From NCBI RefSeq assembly GCF_963921235.1, contig NC_086097.1:5332001-5396000 (forward strand): a stretch of DNA of 64,000 nt. The letters are read 5' to 3'. A program made the position numbers and the translations under genes. Below the pieces are notes generated by a model that was given only the letters and a program-made list of their open reading frames with translations, did no database searches and was not told where the DNA came from. Below, in pieces: positions 49,506 through 61,070 of the stretch. Every line of letters starts with the position of its first letter. Positions within the stretch are counted from its first letter, which is position 1. Source of the DNA: Mobula hypostoma. Its lineage: Eukaryota.

Positions 49506-50736
49506 CATAGAAACATAGGAAACCTACAGCACAATACAGGCCCTTCAGCCCACAAAGTTGTGCCGAACATGTCCCTACCTTAGAAATTACTAGGGTTACC
49601 CATAGCCCCATATTTTTCTAAGCTCCATGTACCTATCCAAAAGTCTCTTAAAAGGCCCTATCGTATCCGCCTCCACCACCTTTGCCGGCAGCCCATTCCA
49701 CGCACTCACCACTCTCTGTATAAAAAAACTTACCCCTGATGTCTCCTCTGTACCTACTTCCAAGCACCTTAAAACTGTGCCCTCTTGTGGCAGCTATTTC
49801 AGCCCTGGGAAAAAGCCTCTGACTACCCACACGATCAATGCCTCTCATCATCTTATACACCTCTATCAGGTCACCTCTCATCCTCCGTTGCTCCAAGGAG
49901 AAAAGACTGAGTTCACTCAACCTATCTTCATAAGGCATGCTCCCCAATCCAGGCAACATCCTTGTAAATCTCCTTGGCACCCTTTCTATGGTTTCCACAT
50001 CCTTCCTGTAGTGAGGTGACCAGAACTTAGCACAGTACTCCAAGTGGGGTCTGACCGGGTTCCTATATAGCTGCAACATTACATCTCAGTGCCTAAAATT
50101 CAGTTCCACAATTGATGAAACCCAATACACTGTATGCCTTCTTAATCACAGAGTCAACCTGCGCAGCTGCTTTGAGCGTCCTATAGACTCAGACCCCAAG
50201 ACCCTCTGATCCTCCACACTGCCAAGAGTCTTACCATTAATACTATATTCTGCCATCATATTTGACCTACCAAAATGAACCACTTCACACTACTTCAACT
50301 ACTTCAGATGGGTTGAACTCCATCTGCCACTTCTGAGCCCAGTTTTGCATCCTATCAATATCCCGCTGTAACCTTTGACAGCCCTCCATACTATCCATAA
50401 CACCCCAACCTTTATGTCATCAGCAAACTTACTAACCCATCCCTCTACTTCCTCATCCAGGTCATTTATAAAAATCACGAAGAGTATGGGTCCCGGAACA
50501 GATCCCTGAGGCACACCACTGGTCACCGACCTCCATGCAGATTACAACCTGTCTACAACCACACTTTACCTTCTGCTGGAAAACCAGTTCCGGATCCACA
50601 AAACAATGTCCCCTTGGATCCCATGCCTCCTTACTTTCTCAATAAGCCTTGCATGGGGTACCTTATCAAATGCCTTGCTGAAATCCATATTCACTACATC
50701 TACTGCTCTTCCTTCATTAATGTGTTTAGTCACATC
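49506..50736 (-). mobile_element. CR1 RT to 3' end
   Basis: [50 protein letters not shown] tail read on +. Confidence 0.93.
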
Positions 50737-51039
50737 GTGTTAGCGTAGCACATTAAGTATATGAATGAGCTACTTTACTTGGTGAGAATGTAAATTTACT
50801 GATATACTCTCTAACTGATCGCTGATATCTATGTTGTCAGTCAGGCAGTGAAGTATAGATAACTATCATTAAAGATGTAGCATTCATCGATCTTGCTCTT
50901 AAATGGCTTGATTGCTGAAACTGGACCAAGGATGACAATTGATTTCAGAATAAGTATTGAACTATTTGTAGGCCTCTCGGATCTACTTCTGTGAAGAAAG
51001 TGTTATCTACCCCTAAGACGCTACAGTATCTTAATGATT

Positions 51040-51288
51040 AACACAACCCTAATACAGCTCAGGCATCAGAGTTTGAAGTTCAATTTTGCACCGTTAGTGA
51101 GGAGTTTGTACATTCTCCCCATGGCCATGGAGGCTTCTTCCAGATTGCCCCCACAGTCCAAAGACATACTGGTTCATAAATTAATTTGTCATTGAAAGTT
51201 GTCCTGTGACAGAGCTGAATAGGTGAGTTTTCAGCGGAGCAGCACACTGGGTCAGAAGGGCTTGTTCTGTGCTGTATCTCTAAATAAA
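51040..51288 (+). mobile_element. V-SINE, degraded
   Basis: CCCACAGTCCAAAGACATACTGGTT; CR1-like tail GAAGGGCTTGTTCTGTGCTGTATCTCTAAATAAA. Confidence 0.72.
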
Positions 51289-51671
51289 AATGTAATATCC
51301 CTCAAGTATATTGTAGTTGTGAATTTTGGTTTTACTGACAAACAGATTCATCCCAACTTAGCAAGTAATATTCGTTACAAGTGGATTGAAAATAGCTTGG
51401 CTTTTTTCTCTAAAAAGCATCTCTGGAAAGAGGCTTTGACAAGTAAAGCTGTATTAAGTCTTAGCTTTCTAAACTACTGAATCCAGTTCTTCACCGTGAT
51501 AGAGGGTGAAGATTTGTTGAAGGAACAATGTGAACTGTAAATGAAATGGAAGACAATTGGAAGTGTGTCTACCTGAACTGAAGAACAGCTGGTCTAGTGT
51601 GGATGCTACGTAGCCTCCACCCTGATGAAAGTGGGACAAGCACTCCATGTATCTTGGAAAGATACGGCATG

Positions 51672-51920
51672 TTTGTATGCGCAAACACGAGGAATTCTGC
51701 AGATGCTGGAAATTCAAGCAACATACATCAAAGTTGCTGGTGAACGCAGCAGGCCAGGCAGCATCTGTAGGAAGAGGTGCAGTCGACGTTTCAGGCCGAG
51801 ACCCTTCGTCAGGACTAACTGAAGGAAGAGTGAGTAAGAGATTTGAAAGTGGGAGGGGGAGGGGGAGATGCAAAATGATAGGAGAAGACAGGAGTGGGAG
51901 GGATGGAGCCAAGAGCTGGA
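51672..51920 (-). mobile_element. Young Penelope terminal-repeat fragment
   Basis: Close match to the arm of 24838-25040; CpGs retained. Confidence 0.85.
51781..51816 (-). ncRNA. Minimal type I hammerhead ribozyme motif (Penelope-associated)
   Basis: AGUC-CUGACGA-AGGGUCUCGGCCU-GAAAC-GUC-GACU: stem I AGUC/GACU, conserved core, stem II AGG/CCU, GUC triplet. Confidence 0.78.
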
Positions 51921-52019
51921 TTTGAATGCACAGTTTCACAGTATGTTAAAGGCATAGTCTTCTGGTGATAGAACTGTAAATAAACTCATAGAATTCTTTT
52001 TTCAACTGCACAGTTATAG

Positions 52020-52637
52020 AATAAGGTGAAGCAATGATAGTCCTTTATAAAACTTTAATAAGACTCCAATTTGAACATTGTGGGTGGTATTAGATTTCTT
52101 ACTGGAGAAAACATAAGGTTTAACAACAAAATTGTCAACAAAATAGAGAGAGTACAGAGGAGATTTACTAGAATGTTACCTGGGTTTCATCACCTAAGTT
52201 ACAGAGAAAGGTTGAACGAATTAGGTCTTTATTCTTTGGAGCGTAGAAGGTTGAGAGGGGACTTGATAGAGGTATTTAAAATTATAAGAAGGATGGATAG
52301 AGTTGACGTGGATAGGCTTTTTCCATTGAGAGTGGGGGAGATTCAAACAAGAGGACATGAGTTGAGAGTTAAAGGGCAAAAGTTTAGGGGTAAAATGAGG
52401 GGGAACTTCTTTACTCAGAGAGTGGTAGCTGTGTGGAACGAGCTTCCAGCAGAAGTGGTTGAGGCAGGTTTGATATTGTCATTTAAAGTTAAATTGGATA
52501 GATATATGGACAGGAAAGGAATGGAGGGTTATGGGCAGACTGCAGGTCAGTGGGACTAGGTGAGAGTAAGAGTTCGGCATGGACTAGAAGGGCCGAGATG
52601 GCCTGTTTCCGTTCCATGCTGTAATTGTTATATGGTT
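52020..52637 (+). mobile_element. Young CR1 3' end
   Basis: ORF 52071..52559 IERVQRRFTRMLPG..SLERRRLRGDLIEVFK..TRGH..FFTQRVV.VWNELP. Confidence 0.92.
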
Positions 52638-52954
52638 AAGTTTATATACAGAAAGATGCCGGAAAAGTGCCAGTAACATCATGAAGGATTCCACCCACCC
52701 TGCTCATGGACTGTTTGTCCCACTCCCATCAGGGAGGAGGCCTGCGTATCATCCACACCAGGACCACCAGCCTCAGAAACAGATACTTTCCCCGAGCAGT
52801 AAGACAGATCATGGCCCCTGCCAACTAATTCACCCCTGCACACCCCCAACTACCACTACGGTATCATTTCCTGTCAGAGTCACCTTAAAGACACTCCCAT
52901 TCCTAACATCACTTTATGGACATAAATTCAATCTACGTATATAACCTATCTCAG

Positions 52955-54500
52955 AAGTCTTAAGATGGTTCAGTCATCTAGACCAGATGGACTAGATCCC
53001 AGAGTCTTGAGAGAGTTTGCTGAAGAGAAAATGGATACATTGGTTATCATCTTTCAAGAATCGCTTAACTGCGGCATGGTCCCAGAGGACAGGAAGATTG
53101 TAAATGTCACTCCACTCATTAAGAAGGGAGGAAGGCAAAAGAAAGGAAATTTTAGGCCAGTCAGCCTAACCTCAGTGGTTGGGAAAGTGTTGAAGTCTAT
53201 TATAAAGGATGAGGTTTCAAGGTACTTGTAGACTAATGATAAAATTACTGAAAATCAGCATAGTTTCTGTAATGGGAAATCTTGTCTGACAAATCTGTTA
53301 GAGATCTTTGAGGATGTAACAAGCAGGGTGGACAAAGGAAGGATGTTAGATGTCATTTATGTGGATTTTTAGAAGGTGTTTGATAAGGTGCCACACATGA
53401 GGCTGCTTAACAATCCCATTGGCATAGCTGGAAAGATACTGGCATGGATAGTGGAATGGCTGACAGGCAGGAGGCATTGAGTGGGAATAAAAGGGGCTTT
53501 TTCTGGTTGGCTGCCAGTGACTAGAGGTGTTCCTCAGGGGTCAGTATTGGGACCGCTACTTTTCACATTGTTTGTCAATAATTTAGATAACGGAATTTAT
53601 GGCTTTGTGGCAAAGTTTTCAGATGATACGAAGATAGGTTGAGTGCTGAGGAAACAATGGGATTGCAGCAGGACTTAGACAATTGGAAGAATGGGCAAAA
53701 AAGTGGCAGAAAATGTATAATAATTCATTTTAATAAGTGAAACAATATTGTGGACTAATATCTAAATGGGGAGGAAATTCAAACATCAGAGGTGCAGAGG
53801 GACTTATGAGTCCTCGTACAAGATTCCTAGATGGTAAATATACAGGTTGAGTCTGTGGTAAAGAAGGTAAATGCAATGTAGGCATTTATTTCAAGGGAAT
53901 AGAACATAAAAACAAGGAGATAATGATGAGCCTTTATAAGACAAGGCACACTTGGAGTATTGTCAACAGTTTTAGGTCCCAGATCTCAGAAAGGATGTGT
54001 TGTCATTGGAGAAATTTCAGAGGAGGTTCACAAGAATGATTCTGGGAATGAAGGGGTTAACATACGAGGAGCATTTGGTAGCTTTGGGCCTGTACTCACT
54101 GGAATTTGGAAAAATGCATGGCGTTCTCATTGCATGTTGAAAGGACTAGATAGGGTGGATATGGAGAGGATGTTTCCTATAGTTGGGGTATCCAGAACTA
54201 GAGTGAAACCGCCTCAGAATTGTGGGATGACTCTTTATAGCAGAGGTAAGGAGGGTTTATTTTAGCCAGAAAGTAGTGAATCTGTGGAATACTCTGCCAC
54301 AGACTGTGGTGGAGGCCAAGTCCGTGCATATATTTAAGGCAAAAGTTGATCATTTCCTGATTGTTCAGGGCATCAAAGGATATGGTGAGAAGGGAGGTGT
54401 ATGGGGTTGAGTGCGATCCAGGGTCAGCTGTGATGGAATGACAGAGCAGACTTGATGGGCTGAATAGCTTAGTTCTGCTCCTGTGTCTTCTGGTCTTATT
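52955..54500 (+). mobile_element. CR1 RT to 3' end, decayed
   Basis: PDGLDPRVL..NVTPLIKKG..NFRPVSLTSVVGKVL; GTTCCTCAGGGGTCAGTATTGGGACC. Confidence 0.9.
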
Positions 54501-54845
54501 CACTGTGAAAGTCTTCCCTGGATATGTCTTTTCAAAATGCAACGCATCACATTTATCCGCATTAAACTCCATTTCCCATTCCTTTACTTACTTATCCAGC
54601 TGATCTACATCCCCTGTAATTTTTGATTACCTTCTCCATTCTCCACAAAAGTTAAAAGTACATTTATTATCAAAGTATGTATGCTATATACAAACTTGAG
54701 ATTTATCTCCTTACAGGCAGCCACAAAAATAAAGAAACCCAATAGAACCCATTTATATCATACTCTGTATCCTGTTAAGTAGATAATCCCAAAGAATTCT
54801 TCCAGTCCTCTTGGTGAAGGTATTTCTCCTCGTCTCTATCCTGAA

Positions 54846-55272
54846 TTGTCCAAGAGGACCACAACATTGTAGTTGAGTTTGAAAGCTTGCGTGCCTCGAT
54901 GACCTGGAGAGCTATGTTGGTTGGAGTCAGGGCTTTGTGCTTTGGCTCCTGGCAGGGTCAGCCATGCCAGACAGGTCAAAGGACAGAGGTCAGATTAAGT
55001 GTGGTCCACCAGTCCTCCAGGTTCAGGGGTTCAGCTCAGGGCTAACAACCCTGCTGGCAAAACGAAATTGCTACAGAAACAACAAAGGAGAATCCTTTTA
55101 CATCTGAGTGCAATGGTATTCCTGAGTTTCCACCAGGGACTTGCATGACCGAGAGTAGTGAAGACTGAGTGGAAGTTAGTGACATGATGAAGCAAGCCCT
55201 GGACAGTACCAATGATCGAGGACCTTCATTGCTGCCCTAACTGCCAGCAGTGCAATAGACAGTAAGGAAGTA
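54846..55272 (+). mobile_element. Bipartite RTE-derived non-autonomous element (5'UTR-like part plus 3' end)
   Basis: 5' part resembles Rex3/Expander-type UTRs (GAGCTATGTTG..GGCAGGGTCAGCCATGCCAGACAGGTC); ends ACCTTCATTGCTGCCCTA..CAGTAAG; minus-strand 5' fragment at about 37878-37963. Confidence 0.6.
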
Positions 55273-55302
55273 CTATACTATCCTGAATGGGTGACTGCTA
55301 AA

Positions 55303-55578
55303 GGGTGCCACATGCTGGTGTAGTGGCACTATTACAGCTCGGGGTAATCCTGAGATTGGAGTTCAATTCCAATGCTGTCTGTAAGGAATTAGTACGTCCT
55401 CCTCATGAATGTGTGTGTTTCCTCTGGGTGCTCCTACATTCTAAAGACATAACAGTTAGTACATTAATTGGTCATTGTAAATTGTCCTGTAAGTAGGGTT
55501 GTGTTAAATTGGGGGTTGCTGGGTGGTCCAGCTCAGTGGGCCAGGACGGTCTGTTCTGTGATAGATCTCCAAATAAAT
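55303..55578 (+). mobile_element. V-SINE
   Basis: GGTGTAGTGG head, GAGTTCAATTC B box, GTTTCCTCTGGGTGCTCC core, CR1-like tail. Confidence 0.75.
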
Positions 55579-55646
55579 ACTTTTGAGACTCTGACTTGTG
55601 ATTCTAGAGAAGCCGGTGAGTTAAAATATCAACTCAGCATCTAGCC

Positions 55647-56957
55647 CAGGGGTCGGCAACATTTTTGCCTCTGTGGGCCGGATCGTGTATTAATGAGCGG
55701 ATGGTGGGCCAGATAAATGCCATAAAAAACTTGAAATATGGGAATTATCTATTTAAATACACCTAGTTATGTTTTGCCTTAAATTAATGAATAACGCATG
55801 CTAGAAAATCATTTGTGCTTAACCAAGGATGCTAATTAGTAATCAAAGAACTCAGTTTAGTTGCAATTTATTTCAATCAAGGCATCTTTTGAATCTTTTA
55901 AAAGGACACAAAAGATCTTTAAACATAAAACGTATGAACATGATGCATTGAATGGTATTAAATTAAGAATAATAAAAAAGAAAATTTTAATGCAAACAGT
56001 TGATAAATCAATGTGAAACTTGGTGCTGTTTGTTGCTTGAAAGTTTCTCAATATTGGGTGTCAGACTTGTTGATGCCAAGAGCAAGACATTATCCAGATG
56101 GGCAAGAGTCAGTCTTGTTCTCAAATGGGTCTTGGTGTGCTTCATTTTTGAAAATAATTGTTCACACAGATAAGTGCTGCCAAACAATGATGTTATCTTT
56201 TTTGCATGGTCCACTAAGTTAGGATACTTCCCACTTGGATGAATATAGGTGGCACGAGTATTTCCTTCATTTTCACTGCTTTTATTGGCAAAAAATGACG
56301 CTTGTTTTCCGAAACTAGCCTTCATTCGCTCAACTTCATCTTTCCTTGCTTGCCCAGTAAACTTGTTGTAATTTTCACTATGGCGGGTCTCGTAATGTCG
56401 CCTGTTACTTGCCACCTTCTTCACAGCAACATTTTCTAGACAAATGAGGCAAACTGGTTTCCCAGCTTGCTCGATGAAGAAGTACTCTAGTGTCCAAGTG
56501 TCTTGGAAATTTCGGCACTCGGTGTCTACCTTCCTGCGTTTTGCATTCATTGCCTTTGGAATTTTTTTCTTTGATTTTATTTCGAAACGCGAGTTATTCA
56601 ACAAGTATCGTAGCACATGTAAATATCTGGATATTTAGTGTGGATTTCTTGTTAAAACACAGTGACGCTGTTTCTGTTTACAAATTTGAATGATCCCATC
56701 TGAAAACTTGCGTGTGTACGGAGAGTACCTAATACATATTAGTAAGGTAGTCTGCCTTCCTGTCATTCGTATATACCAGTGTTTGGTTTGGAACAAAATG
56801 GGACCTGGGGCCAGTGTAACAAGACGCCATGCATGTCCATCAGTGTGGTCACATGAAACACTTAGAATAAGGAAAAATCGCTCGCGGGCCAGATAAGCAT
56901 AGTATCCCAATATTTGCTTGCGGGCTGGTCAAAATACTTTTGCGGGCCTACCCCCTG
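55647..56957 (-). mobile_element. Internally deleted hAT transposon (Buster/SPIN/Charlie group)
   Basis: CAGGGG...CCCCTG termini; perfect 8-bp TSD ATCTAGCC (55639-55646, 56958-56965) with central TA; subterminal GGGCC(G/A)GAT repeats. Confidence 0.93.
56008..56550 (-). CDS. 180-aa deleted hAT transposase ORF: N-terminal zinc finger fused in frame to the C-terminal dimerisation domain
   Basis: MNAKRRKVD..CLIC..RRHYETRH joined at about 56245 to YPNL..LFGSTYLCEQLFSKMK..RTRLT..HL; no internal stops; expression unknown. Confidence 0.6.
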   Translation of the reverse strand: MNAKRRKVDTECRNFQDTWTLEYFFIEQAGKPVCLICLENVAVKKVASNRRHYETRHSENYNKFTGQARKDEVERMKASFGKQASFFANKSSENEGNTRATYIHPSGKYPNLVDHAKKITSLFGSTYLCEQLFSKMKHTKTHLRTRLTLAHLDNVLLLASTSLTPNIEKLSSNKQHQVSH

Positions 56958-58513
56958 ATCTAGCCCATTACCCGAGTAAGTTTCTATTTTACATTTCAAT
57001 AAGATTACCTTCCAAAGTCAAGAGAGTCGGCCAGCTTAGGAGACACTTTAGTGATCCTGCATTGTACAACCTCAGGCACAAGTATATCATTCCTTTGCGT
57101 AAGAGGGCCAGACAATATTCCACACAATATTCCAGGTGAGCTCTAAATAATGCCCTAAAAGAAATGGAGCAAGATTTCCATGCTTGTGTACTCAAATTTT
57201 CTTCCAAGAAAAAAAAAATTGCAGTTTTTCTTCCTCGATGCTTGAAACTTACTCGCTGAAGGACTCTGGCAAATTTCTACAGGTGTGCTGTGGAGAGCAT
57301 TCCAACTGGCTGCATCACTGTCTGGTTTGGAGGGGCACTGCAGTTCAGGTGAGAGGGGATCAATTTAAAGGAGATGTGAGGTGGATGCCTGGAATGTGCT
57401 GCCTGGGATGGTGGCAAAGGCAGATACGTTGGAGGTTTCTAACAGTTATTTAGATAAGCAATTGAATGTGAGGTAGATGGATGGATATGGACATTGTGTG
57501 GACCATAAGACCATACGACATAGGAGCAGAATTAGGCCATTCAGTCCATCGAGTCCACTCCACCATTTCTTCGTAGCTGATCCCAGATCACATTCAACCC
57601 CATACACCTGCCTTCTCACCATAATCCCTTGACACCCTGACCACCCTGACCAATCAGGAATCTATCAACTTCACTTTAAATATACCCACGGAATTGGCCT
57701 CAGCCACAGTCTGTGGCTTTAATTCCAGTGAGTACAGACCCAGCGCTACCAAATGCTCATCATATGTTAACCCTTTAATTCCTGAAATCATCCTCCTCTG
57801 GAATCTCTCCAATGACAATACATCTTTTCTGAGATAAGGGGCCCAAAACTGTTGACAGCATCCCAAGTGTGGCCTGATTAGTGTCATCTGCAAACTTTGC
57901 CACAAAGCCATAAATTCCACAACCTAAATCATTGAAAAACAATGTAAAAAGTAGCGGTCCCAATACTGAGGAACGCCACTAATCACTGGCAGCTAACCAG
58001 AAAAGGCCCCCTTTATTCCCACTCACTGCTTCCTGCCTGCCAGCCATTTTTTTTTAATCCAGGTCAGTATTTTTCCTGTAACGCCAGAGGAATTTAATTT
58101 GCTAAGCAGCCTCATGTATGGCACCTTATCAAATGCCTTCTTTAAATCCAAGTAAATGACATCCACTGCCTCTCCTTTGTTCCCCCTGCTTGTTACCTCT
58201 TCAAAACATTCCAATTGTTTTGTCAGGCAAGATTTCCCTTTACAGAAACCATGCTGACTCCCAACTATGACCTTCTTTCAGCCACAGCTCAGTGATGCCC
58301 ACAACGACATACCAACCAATTTCTAATAGCGCCATGAGTTCATCCACCTTACTCCGTATGCTACGCACATTTAAATAGAGCACCTTCAATCCTGCATTCT
58401 TCACCATTATAAATTTTGCCTCTGTGGTACAATTTAACTCTTTGCTCTGTCTGCAGTTGTTCCCAGTCATTGGCCTGTCCTTTTCACATTCATGTTACAT
58501 ATTACATCATCTA

Positions 58514-60100
58514 CAGTGGCATGCAAAAGTTTGGGCACCCATGGTCAAAATTTCTGTTACTGTGAATAGTTAAGTGAGTAAAGATGAACTGATCTCCAAA
58601 AGTCATAAAGGTAAAGATGAAACATTCTTTACAACATTTTAGTGTATTATTTTTGTTTTGTACAATTTTAGAGTGAAAACAGGAAAGGAGCACCATGAAA
58701 AAGTTTGGGCACCCCAAGAAAATTGAGCTCTCAGATAACTTTTACCAAGGTCTCAGACCTTAATTAGCTTGTTAAGGCTATGTCTTGTTCACAGTCATCG
58801 TTAGGAAAGGCCAGGTAATGCAAATTTCAAAGCTTTATAAATACCCTGACTCCTCAAACCTTGTCCCAACAATCAGCAGCCATGTGCTCCTCTAAGCAAC
58901 TGCCTAGCACTCTGAAAATTAAAATAAATGATGCCCACAAAGCAGGAGAAGGCTATAAGAATGTAGCAAAGCGTTTTCAAGCAGCGTTTCTTCAGTTTGT
59001 AATGTAATTGAGAAATGGCAGTTAACAGGAACAGTGGAGGTCAAGTTGAGGTCTGGAAGACCAAGAAAACTTTCTGAGAGAACTGCTCGTAGGATTGCTA
59101 GAAAGGCAAATCAAAACCCCTGTTTGACTACAGAAGACCTTCAGGAAGATTTAGCAGACTCTGGAGTGGTGGTGCACTGTTCTACTGTGCAGCAACACCT
59201 GCACAAATATGACCTTCATGGAAGAATCATCAGAAGAAAACCTTTCCTGCATCCTCACCATAAAATTCAGCGTCAGAAGCTTGCAAAGGAACATCTAAAC
59301 AAACCTGATGCATTTTAGAAACAAGTGCTGTGGACTGATGAAGTTAAAATAAAACTTTTTGGATACAATGAGCAAAGGTACATTTGGAGAAAAAAGGGTG
59401 CAGAATTTCATGAAGAAATCAGCTCTCCAACTGTTAAGCATGGGGGTGGATTGACCATGCTTTGGGCTTGTGTTGCAGCTGGTAGAAGGAAGAATGAATT
59501 CAATCAAATACCAGCAAATTCTGGAAGCAAACATCACACCATCGGGAAAAAAGCTGAAGATGAAAAGAGGATGGCTTTTACAACAGGATAATGATCCAAA
59601 ACACACCTCAAAATCCACAATGGACAACCTCAAGAGGCGCAAGCTGAAGGTTTTGCCATGGCCCTCACAGTCCCCTGACCTAAACATCATCGAAAATCTG
59701 TGGATAGACCTCAAAGGAGCAGTGCATGCAAGACAGCCCAAGAATCTCACAGAACTAAAAGCCTTTTGCAAGGAAGAATGGGCAAAAATCCCCCAAACAA
59801 GAATTGAAAGACTCTTAGCTGGCTACGGAAAGCATTTACAAGCTGCGATACTTGCCAAAGGGGATGTTACTAAGTACTGACCATGCAGGGTGCCCAAACT
59901 TTTGCTTCAGGCCCTTTTCCTTTTTTGCTATTTTGAAACTGTAAAAGATGGAAATAAAAAAGTAATCTTGCTTAAAATATTAAAGAAATGTGTCGTCTTT
60001 AAATTTATGCCTTTTAGAAATCAGGTCATCTTTTACTTGCTTAGCTATTCACAGTAACAGAAATTTTGACCAAGGGTGCCCAAACTTTTGCACACCACTG
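58514..60100 (+). mobile_element. Full-length Tc1 transposon, IR/DR type
   Basis: TA-CAGTGGCATGCAAAAGTTTGGGCACCC ... GGGTGCCCAAACTTTTGCACACCACTG-TA; long TIRs with inner repeats near 58700 and 59890. Confidence 0.95.
58882..59880 (+). pseudogene. Tc1 DD34E transposase, disrupted
   Basis: GEGYK; SGRPRKLS; LWTDE; VKHGGG; QQDNDPKH-..-SQSPDLNIIE (34 residues between D and E); split across frames with a stop at 59316-59318. Confidence 0.92.
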
Positions 60101-60639
60101 TATTTGTAAACCTGCTGGCTCATTCTCAGCTCTGTCATATTGGTTCCCATCCGCCTGCCGTATTCGTTTAAACCTCTCCCAACACCTCTAGCAAATCTTC
60201 TCGGATATTGGTCCTCAGATTTAAGTATCACCGCTTCTTTTTGTACAGGTCACACCTGCCCCAGAAGTGGTCCCAATTATCCAGAAATCTGAATCACTGC
60301 CCCCTACTCCAATTCCTCAGCCATGCATTTATTCACCACCTCATTCTGTTCCTATTCTTTCTGTCGCATGACACAGGCAGCAATCCCAAGATTACTACCC
60401 TTCAAGTTCTGCTTCTCAACTTCCTTCCTAACTCCCTGTATTCCTTTTTCAGGACCTCCTCCCTTTTTTGACCTATTTCATTGGTAGCAACATGCACCAT
60501 GACTTCTGGCTGCTCACCCTCCCTTTTCAGGATATCGTGGACGCATCCAGAAACGTTACGGGTCCTGGCACCTGGGAGGCAAACTACCATCCATGTTTCC
60601 ATTTCACATCCGCAGAATCACATATCAGATCCCCTACAT

Positions 60640-61070
60640 CATTGTCTGGTATGGAGTGAATTGGGAAAAGGCTGTAGAAAGTTGTAAACTCAGCAGGCTC
60701 TAATCATGGGCACTAACCTCCCCAGCATTGAGGACACCTTCATAAGGTGATGCCTCAGGAAGGCAGCATCCATCATTAAATGTCCTACATCACCTCTTCT
60801 CACTGCTCCTATCAGGGAGGAGGTATAGGAGCCTGAAGTCACACACTGAACAATTTAGGAACAGTTTCTTCCCCTTCGCTATCAGATTTCTGAATAAACA
60901 ATGGACACTACCTCACTATTTTTTCTTTATTTGCTCTCTTTTAATTTTTATATATATTAGTTATTGAAATTTATCATTTTTTTAAAATTATGTATGGCAT
61001 TGTACCGCAACAAAACAATAAATTTCATGACATCTGCCCATGATATTCAACCTGATTCTGATTCTGATTT
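60640..61070 (+). mobile_element. Rex1/Babar 3' end
   Basis: ATCAGGGAGGAGGTATAGGAGCCTG; CCTGATTCTGATTCTGA tail. Confidence 0.8.

Larger units (their letters stand above)
57502..60625 (-). mobile_element. CR1 (ORF1 end to 3' tail) with several internal deletions, host of the Tc1
   Basis: VVCLPGAR..VHVATNEIG; LKVLYLNVRSIR..VGITELWL; VIYLDLKKAFDKV; KFADDT; tail at 57502. Confidence 0.9.

Noticed and set aside
56008..56616. Host GTF2IRD2/EPM2AIP1/ZBED-like domesticated gene
   Set aside because: It lies between transposon termini with a perfect TSD and lacks the central domain, so it is a transposon derivative; no gene symbol assigned.
900..60625. RT-based prokaryotic systems (retron, DGR, group II intron) suggested by the many YADD/FADD motifs
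   Set aside because: All RT motifs sit in recognisable decayed CR1, Rex1, RTE, L1 or Gypsy contexts with retroposon tails or LTRs.
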